A program made the translations under genes and the position numbers. Shown piece by piece: positions 12,801-21,800 of a DNA stretch of 32,000 bases (positions are counted from its first letter, which is position 1; every line of letters begins with the position of its first letter). The notes below the pieces were generated by a model, which worked only from the letters and a program-made list of their open reading frames with translations, searched no databases and was not told where the DNA came from. Source of the stretch: Candidatus Omnitrophota bacterium. Lineage in GTDB: Bacteria; Omnitrophota; Gorgyraeia; Zapsychrales; JANLHA01. The DNA lies in contig OY759724.1 in assembly GCA_963662715.1 (NCBI GenBank), positions 1,230,001 to 1,262,000 of the forward strand, in the 5' to 3' direction.

Positions 12801-15800
12801 AATGCTTCTGTCGGATCAATGCGATATTTATCTCTTGTCATTAAGGAAATCACTTTCTGGCGATCGGAAGACGGCGCAATACAGATTTCCATATGGACAT
12901 GGGCGACCGTTGTTTCGGCATTACCTGTTTTACCCGAGAGGGCAAAGACTTCACCCGCTTCAACTTTATCTCCTTCTTCGACCTCGTAATCATTCAAGTG
13001 GAAGAAGATAAAGAAGACTTTATCGCCGCCCGCCACTGTTTCATCGGATTCGATGAAGACGGTCTTTCCTGCTTTCTCAGACGCAGGATTGGTATGGATA
13101 ACCCGTCCGGAAACCGGCGACTTCAATTCCACGTCTTCCGGCAGTAATATATCGATTCCGCCGTGACCATTGACGGACCCGATTCTATAAGTTCCGAATC
13201 TTCCGTCTCCCTTGGAATCCCGTCCGCGGAGGACCCCGGCAGCGATCATTTCATCTTCAATAGCCGCGTTGTTCTCGAGTCTCTCTGTTGTTTCCGGAAC
13301 GTCCCTGCCTTCCACTCCCGGTTCTTCGGCCACTTTTCTTCTCAGGTCTTCTGTAATCTCACCCTCAGCAATCTTATTGCTGATGTGGACTAACGATTGC
13401 GGTGTCAACTCAAAGTCATCCCGGTCGTCACCGCTGAGCTGGAATGCTTCCTGGAAGAAGGCGATATCCTGTTCATCTAAGTCATCCCATTTGGCCTTAT
13501 CTTCAACAACGGCATCAATAAGAGCTTTGGACAGATATTGTTCTAAGGATTCTCTGTTAGCTTCCACCAGCAACAATGCCAGTTGACGATCGCGTTTTTC
13601 TTTCATATCGGCCAGGAGCTGAAGCTGCAACTGTTCTGCGCTGAGATTGATCAATTCTTTTTCTGAAACATTTTCATCCTTCAGTTTTTCTCTCGTGGCT
13701 GTTATGGCTTCTTCCGCTTGGGCCACGGCATCTTCATCCGAAAGCTCTGCGTCAAAAGTCTTGGCTCTGGCCGCTAATTCGTATACGGCAATATCTTTTT
13801 CTCCACCCATAATGTTCTGATAGACCCAGTTGCTGGCGCGTATTCCAGCTGCATCTTCGACACTATCCAGACCATGCTGAGCCCAGTTAATCGCACCATA
13901 CTGACCTTCAAGAGCTTCGGCCAAATTGTAGATCGGTTTACCCACAACGCCTAAGATCGGGTGTTCAGCCAAGGCCTTGCTGCCGCCCATAACCGCGTCA
14001 ATTTCAATTCCGATCAAGGACATATGCCACAAGCTGCTTAAGAACTTGCCGCCTTCTAAGAGCCATTGAGCGAAATAGGATGTCTTGGCTTTTTCAGTTA
14101 AATCTTTATTAGCTTCCTGCATCAGGTTAACGAAGAAATCAAAATCAAATTTTCTCGTATTATTCATCAGGAAGACCGGGAGATATCCGAGATAGAAGAC
14201 CGTCGCCAGCGGCACACCTAACCAGAAGCCGGTTAAGGCCTTGCCTAATGCTAAGGCCCGGTTCATGATGCTTCGTCCCTGCGGCGCGGCAACCTTGGTT
14301 TCGGCCTCTAACATTTTCTTCAGGGCCGGCCGGCCTTCAGCCGTTACAGTTCCGTCGGCGATCAATTCCTTGATAAGAATTTCTGTCTTCTCATTAGCTT
14401 TCTTGCCCTCTGCCGGATGCATCAAGCCGTACAAGTAGCGGGCAGATGTCGAGGCGATATTAACACCTTGTTTCTTCCTGGCCCGGATATACATAAGATG
14501 TTTGGCTGTATCAAGAACACTCATGAATCTCAAGCCAAGCACCGTAATCATTAATTTGACAAGTTCGGGCACGGATAACGGCAAGCCTAAAGCGTTGGAT
14601 GCGACAACATCCATACCGAATATCGAGATAACGAGAGCGTGGCCGATAACGCCGGAAATGAGAAGCATGGTGCCTCGGCTGACCGCAAAGCGTACGATAC
14701 CAAACGGAACCGGGAAGGCGGAGACCAGCCAAGCCAATAACTTCTGTCGACCATATGTCCAGGTCTTGCGGATACTGCCTATTTTTTCAGTCGCTAATTC
14801 TTCTCTGAGGATCTCGGTCTCTGCTTCAACACTCTTCCTCTTCTGCGCATCCATGGTTCCGTCTTTGTATTCCTTGACGAATTCAGCAAAATCAATAGAT
14901 TTCATGATGTATTCCCAGAAGAAGTTCCAGACCACTTTGACCAGGTAAGGTGCCAGGTATCCGAAGATGGCGCCTTTAGCCACGGAAATCCAGAAAGCTG
15001 TTGTTGCTACTGCTGTTAAAGTAAGCGGCATGAACAGGGCGCCGACAACCGCCCCTGCTGCCAGTGAAACGAGGGCAATCTTTGTCTTATTCTTGTCGAA
15101 GATCCTTAACATGCTGCCGATTAATGAGGACGGCTTCGGAGCATATGTCTGGGAATGTATGATTCTCAACGCCTGGCGTTCGAGCAAGCTGACGCCGCCC
15201 AGGACACCGTAAGTTAAGGAGGCATCTTTTCCAGCCTTAAGATTACTGACGTCCTTCACAAACAGGGCCAAACCGGCCATAATTAGCGATGATACGCCGA
15301 AAATGGCTATAAGCGACCCAGCCATCGTTGGAACGAGGGCAATACCGGCAGCGGCTATTCCAGCGTGAATTAATAATTTGAAGACATTGTAGACATCGCG
15401 CTTTTGCAGCGGTCTGGTGAACAAATCTCTTAAGTTACTCCAAATACCAGGTTTGACTGGACTGGAGACATTGCCGGTCTCATGACTTGAAATCTCTGTT
15501 TCTTCTCCCTTAACCGGACTGGAGACCGAGGTGTCCTCTACAGAAGCCCGTACGGGCGAACTGGCCACAGGAAGCTCGGCCGCCGTGATATTGGCTTGCG
15601 GGCTTAAGTATGTAATTCCGCGGTAAATACCTTGCGGATACCCTGTCGGTAACATCTGATCCGTGAATCTGATGACCATAGATCCACGTTTTACGGCCTG
15701 CTGCCCAGCTGTCGCTATACTGCCTGTTCCGATCTTGCTGATCATGTGTTCAGCAAAGAATCTAGTATTGTTTTCTTCTGCGTCGCCGCTTCCCTCTCCG

Positions 15801-18800
15801 CCGGCCGAAATTTCGAAGACGATCTTTGTTCTCATGCTTTCCAGCAGTCTGCCTAAGTCCACTATCGGATTCAGGAGAGCGCTAAGAAGTCTTTCTGTCT
15901 GTCTCTTATTGTCTTGATATGTCTTTGTTAAGAGATAATAGTAGAACCCTGTCTGCTCTTTATAGGTTTCTGAGATACGGCTTAATTGCTTAATAAACTC
16001 ATCTTGTTTCTCAAAGCCTCTATTGACACCGGAATCAAAGACGGCCTTCAAGCCATACAAGGCCGTTGTGCTTTCCTCTCCGGCATTTCTGTCGATGGAC
16101 GTGATCAGGTCAGCCAATTGTTCTCTGCTTGTGCTTCTGTACAACTTCGAAGCAAACATTCTTCTGAAGAGGTAATCTCTTGCTCCCCTTGCTGCTCTTC
16201 TGTAATTTTCAGCCGTGCTGAGCGCTGTCCAGGCCGCCGTCAGGTGCTCAACCGTCTTCCTGTAATCTCTGGCCATGAACTCTTTGACCTTGCCAGGTAC
16301 ACTTCTGAGCGCTGTCCAGGCCGCCGTCAGGTGCTCAACCGTCTTCCTGTAATCTCTGGCCATGAACTCTTTGACCTTGCCAGGTACACTTCTGAGCGCT
16401 GTCCAGGCCGCCGTCAGGTGCTCAACCGTCTTCCTGTAATCTCTGGCCATGAACTCTTTGACCTTGCCAGGTACGCTTCTGAGCGCTGTCCAGGCTGCCG
16501 TCAGGTGCTCAACCGTCTTCCTGTAATCTCTGGCCATGAACTCTTTGACCTTGCCAGGTACACTTCTGAGCGCTGTCCAGGCTGCCGTCAGGTGCTCAAC
16601 CGTCTTCCTGTAATCTCTGGCCATGAACTCTTTGACCTTGCCAGGTACACTTCTGAGCGCTGTCCAGGCTGCCGTCAGGTGCTCAACTGTCTTCTTGTAA
16701 TCTCTGGCCATGAACTCTTTGACCTTGCCAGGTACGCTTCTGAGCGCTGTCCAGGCTGCCGTCAGGTGCTCAACCGTCTTCCTGTAATCTCTGGCCATGA
16801 ACTCTTTGACCTTGCCAGGTACGCTTCTGAGCGCTGTCCAGGCCGCCGTCAGGTGCTCAACCGTCTTCCTGTAATCTCTGGCCATGAACTCTTTGACCTT
16901 GCCAGGTACGCTTCTGAGCGCTGTCCAGGCTGCCGTCAGGTGCTCAACCGTCTTCCTGTAATCTCTGGCCATGAACTCTTTGACCTTGCCAGGTACACTT
17001 CTGAGCGCTGTCCAGGCTGCCGTCAGGTGCTCAACCGTCTTCCTGTAATCTCTGGCCATGAACTCTTTGACCTTGCCAGGTACACTTCTGAGCGCTGTCC
17101 AGGTCGCCGTCAGGTGCTCAACCGTCTTCCTGTAATCTCTGGCCATGAACTCTTTGACCTTGCCAGGTACACTTCTGAGCGCTGTCCAGGCTGCCGTCAG
17201 GTGCTCAACCGTCTTCCTGTAATCTCTGGCCATGAACTCTTTGACCTTGCCAGGTACACTTCTGAGCGCTGTCCAGGCTGCCGTCAGGTGCTCAACCGTC
17301 TTCCTGTAATCTCTGGCCATGAACTCTTTGACCTTGCCAGGTACACTTCTGAGCGCTGTCCAGGCTGCCGTCAGGTGCTCAACCGTCTTCCTGTAATCTC
17401 TGGCCATGAACTCTTTGACCTTGCCAGGTACGCTTCTGAGCGCTGTCCAGGCCGCCGTCAGGTGCTCAACCGTCTTCCTGTAATCTCTGGCCATGAACTC
17501 TTTGACCTTGCCAGGTACGCTTCTGAGCGCTGTCCAGGCCGCCGTCAGGTGCTCAACCGTCTTCCTGTAATCTCTGGCCATGAACTCTTTGACCTTGCCA
17601 GGTACACTTCTGAGCGCTGTCCAGGCTGCCGTCAGGTGCTCAACCGTCTTCCTGTAATCTCTGGCCATGAACTCTTTGACCTTGCCAGGTACGCTTCTGA
17701 GCGCTGTCCAGGCTGCCGTCAGGTGCTCAACCGTCTTCCTGTAATCTCTGGCCATGAACTCTTTGACCTTGCCAAGTACGCTTCTGAGCGCTGTCCAGGC
17801 TGCCGTCAGGTGCTCAACCGTCTTCCTGTAATCTCTGGCCATGAACTCTTTGACCTTGCCAGGTACGTTTCTGAGCGCTGTCCAGGCCGCCGTCAGGTGC
17901 TCAACCGTCTTCCTGTAATCTCTGGCCATGAACTCTTTGACCTTGCCAGGTACGCTTCTGAGCGCTGTCCAGGCCGCCGTCAGGTGTTCAACCGTCTTCC
18001 TGTAATCTCTGGCCATGAACTCTTTGACCTTGCCAGCTTTAATGCTTACAGCCTCAACAGTGCTGTCAACCATCTCTTTCACGCCACCTCGTTTGATGAA
18101 GTTATAAACCCTTGCGCCCAACATCAAGCCAGGAATAATGAGAAGGACTGGCCAAACGGCACCAACCGTTGTCGCAACAACTGGTACGGTCTTTGCCACA
18201 ACCGGCAAGCCGACTGTCAGACCTTTACCTAATCCATAGGAAACAATGAGGTAGAGTATCGCAGATTTGATGGTTCCTGTTGCTGCAGCTCTGAACATAT
18301 TTCTATAGGTTACAGCACTAAAGACCGAACGGAAGAACCTCGCCGTACTCGCTCCGAATGTCTTTACGGCTTCGCCCATCTGTCTTGCTTTCTTTGCCGC
18401 TCTCTGATATCTCTTGTAGGACTTGGAAAGCAGGATATCTTCAATAACTTCTTTATCTTTACCCGCTAATAATTGGGCTAATTCATCGTTATTATCGAGT
18501 TTCAAGCGTCTCAATAATTTTTCTGTTTCACCGAGATTTCTTTCTATCGGTGAAGAGGAGGCAGAAGCTGTAACGGATTCGCGGCCAGAGGCGGAAAGAA
18601 CAACCTTCTCTCCCACCTCTGGTGTTTGAGATAATGCATATCTGCCTCCCTTAGTTGAGATTTCTGCGTGATCCTGTTCTGTAAATCGGAACTGTTCTAT
18701 TCTGGATCGCACTGGAGAGGATGCCTCGAACATGGTTGTACTCGGCTGCGCTGGTAAGCTCAACCCAAGTTGCTTTAAGGCCGTTACGGCGGTAAATCCG

Positions 18801-21800
18801 GCCTTTATGGTTGAAGATGAGGTATAAATGAGTTCTTCCTGTCTTCTCTCTGGCAGTGCCGAAGATACAGTCGCAACGCTGGATCTCAACGAGATGTTTG
18901 AATTCGATGTCTGGTAATTGATTGGTTTGCGTGTTGATAAGGACCATAATGTACCTCCTGTGGTTAATTGAATTGCTTGTGTATTTGTTCTATCAAATGA
19001 AGAACCCTGACCGGTAATATCTGCACGAATGGCAGCCATACCAGACAGGGTTCGTTTTGTATGGGATATAAGTGAAGCAACAGATCCTATATTTGCAGCT
19101 CTTGGTGCAACTTCATATCTGAGCTTCAATAAGGTAAGATTTGTCCTTATAGAGACATATGTGTCATATATGCCTTTAGTAATGACACAAATAGCTTTGG
19201 CGAGATTTTCTCGCTTAAAGACTTGAGTTAAGAGTTTTACTCTCTTGAGGGACTTTGATACAACTAACGATACGAGTGGCGTGCTAACTGGAATAGCAGC
19301 AGCCAATAGTTTCTCAACACCTAATGAACCTTCCCAAGCCATTCTAGACAGCCCAGAAATAGTTCTTGTAGTGTTTCTCTTTTCGCCTGTACCAGTTGCC
19401 TCGTTCTGATCCGCAGCTCTATCTGTTACAACCGCTACATCCTGAGTAAACTCTGCCTTGTCAGAACCTCTACCCGTTGTTACAGCAATAACCGCCTGAG
19501 CGATTCTCAGATCAAATTCATCCGCTAAAGCTTTATCCTCAGCAGCGCTTACCTTTATACCTACAGGCAACACTCTGAGAACTCTTCTTAACACATCTTC
19601 AGAACCACTTATCACCTCGATCGCTTTCGCAATCCAAGCTCTCAGCAATTCTGCGATACTGCTAAGCACACCTTCAGCAGATTCTTCGTACGCTTCTACA
19701 GTACTTACAGCCTGACCAGTCACCTGACCAAACCGTATACCTAAGGCTTTATTCTCAGTCACATCCATTACTGGCTGTACTCTGAGAATTCCACTGGAAA
19801 CAGCTTTTACTGATCCAGGCACAACTTCAGTTCCTGTTATCAGTACACCATCACCAGCAACCCTAGCTTCTGCTCGTACTGCATTCGCATAGCTAATCAC
19901 TTGACCGATTACTCGACCAAGCTTCACAAAGGCTTTTGCCTCAGCAAGACTTACTGTTTCTTCAACAGCTTGTTCACTGAGAACCTTATCAGATACAATA
20001 TTCGAACTGCTTACACCTTCGATTACTTGCGCAACCTTAGACTTCAGCAATCCTTCTACTATACCTTCACTTCTTACAGAGCGGTTTACTACAGTTACAA
20101 CGCGGTTAGCCTGAGCGATTCTCAGATCAAGTTCATCCGCTAAGGCTCTATCCTCAGCAGCGCTTACCTTTATACCTACAGGCAACACCCTGAGAACTCT
20201 TCTTAACACATCTTCAGAACCACTTATCACCTCGATCGCTTTCGCAATCCAGGCTCTCAGCAATTCTGCGATACTGCTAAGCACACCTTCAGCAGATTCT
20301 TCGTACGCTTCTACAGTACTTACAGCCTGACCAGTCACCTGACCAAACCGTATACCTAAGGCTTTATTCTCAGTCACATCCATTACTGGCTGTACTCTGA
20401 GAATTCCACTGGAAACAGCTTTTACTGATCCAGGCACAACTTCAGTTCCTGTTATCAGTACACCATCACCAGCAACCCTAGCTTCTGCTCGTACTGCATT
20501 CGCATAGCTAATCACTTGACCGATTACTCGACCAAGCTTCACAAAGGCTTTTGCCTCAGCAAGACTTACTGTTTCTTCAACAGCTTGTTCACTGAGAACC
20601 TTATCAGATACAATATTCGAACTGCTTACACCTTCGATTACTTGCGCAACCTTAGACTTCAGCAATCCTTCTACTATACCTTCACTTCTTACAGAGCGGT
20701 TTACTACAGTTACAACGCGGTTAGCCTGAGCGATTCTCAGATCAAGTTCATCCGCTAAAGCTTTATCCTCAGCAGCGCTTACCTTTATACCTACAGGCAA
20801 CACCCTGAGAACTCTTCTTAACACATCTTCAGAACCACTTATCACCTCGATCGCTTTCGCAATCCAGGCTCTCAGCAATTCTGCGATACTGCTAAGCACA
20901 CCTTCAGCAGATTCTTCGTACGCTTCTACAGTACTTACAGCCTGACCAATTTCACTACCTAAGACCGTATCCCTGACAGCTTCACTTATACCACTTGAAG
21001 CCACTTCAGGAACATCTTCTAATATAGTCAAGGCATTTACAGCTCTTTCAGTTGTTTTCACAACATCAGAACCTTCATAAACCTCAACCACACTAGCATC
21101 TTCGACAGTTACTGCACCTACTGTCTTAGCATACACGGCTTGAGCATCATCTCGTTCAAGCTTTTGTTCAAAGGCATTATCCTCAGCAGCACCTACTTCT
21201 ATATAAGCAGATACCTTGAGAACATGACCATACAGAATCTTTGCACCGCTTATTGCTTCAACATCGCGCAACTGCTTCACAGCAACTAACGATACCTGAT
21301 CTCTTCCAGCCATACCATTGATACTTCCAACATACGCAACATCAGCAGCCTTGCTTACAGCAGACATATAGTCTACATCAAAGGCTTTACCCTCAGCACA
21401 TAAGCCACTACTGGCCAACACACTCAGGATACGATTTGTGAATACGTTATTCAGCACATTCTCATTACTGAGGACGGCTACAACATATCCATCAAACCTT
21501 ACACCCCTGACAAAGCTTACTTCAGTAACAATGTCAGCATGATCAATTACTTGACCAAGTATACCAAAGGCATCTAACTCAGCCTCACCGGATACATCAT
21601 CAGCGAATACTCTGAGTTTTCCACTGTACAGAGAATCAGCACCGCTTATTGCTTCAGCCACACTTACAGCATCCACATTAAGCCATACACTGAATCCGCT
21701 AGTACTACCTTTAACAGAACGTGATACAACTCTTCCAACACCAACAACGGAAACAGTTTGATCGCTTACACGACCATACTCATTGCTGATTGCACTAGAC

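Noticed and set aside
15986-18232. Longest ORF in the supplied track (748 aa, + strand), with repeating ERCPG(R/C)RQVLNRLPVISGHELFDLARY(T/A)S
   Set aside because: It is the antisense reading of the 87-bp repeat, and it stays open only because the unit has no stop in that frame. The common copy-to-copy polymorphisms are non-synonymous in this frame (R/C, T/A) but silent in the minus frame. The minus frame is also continuous with the flanking coding sequence.
12150-18290. Phage tail tape-measure protein, suggested by TM helices, tandem repeats, M23 and lytic transglycosylase
   Set aside because: That domain combination does occur in tape-measure proteins. However, this module is embedded in a polypeptide with at least 10,666 aa in the window and large flanking domains on both sides, far beyond any tape measure I know of. 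No other phage structural genes are present, because the window contains no other gene. Distant ancestry cannot be excluded.
18945-19000. A gene boundary splitting the giant ORF into two genes, suggested by AGGAGG plus ATG and by TGA TAG about 51 nt upstream
   Set aside because: The TGA TAG and the ATG are in a different frame from the flanking coding sequence. The main frame was checked codon by codon from 19500 to 18000 and is open throughout, in the same phase on both sides.
19901-20758. Two identical 80-aa + strand ORFs (19901..20143 and 20516..20758), which could suggest a duplicated small gene or an IS element
   Set aside because: They are a by-product of the 615-bp tandem repeat. The period is a multiple of 3 and in frame with the giant ORF. 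There are no terminal inverted repeats, no transposase-like sequence and no target-site duplications.
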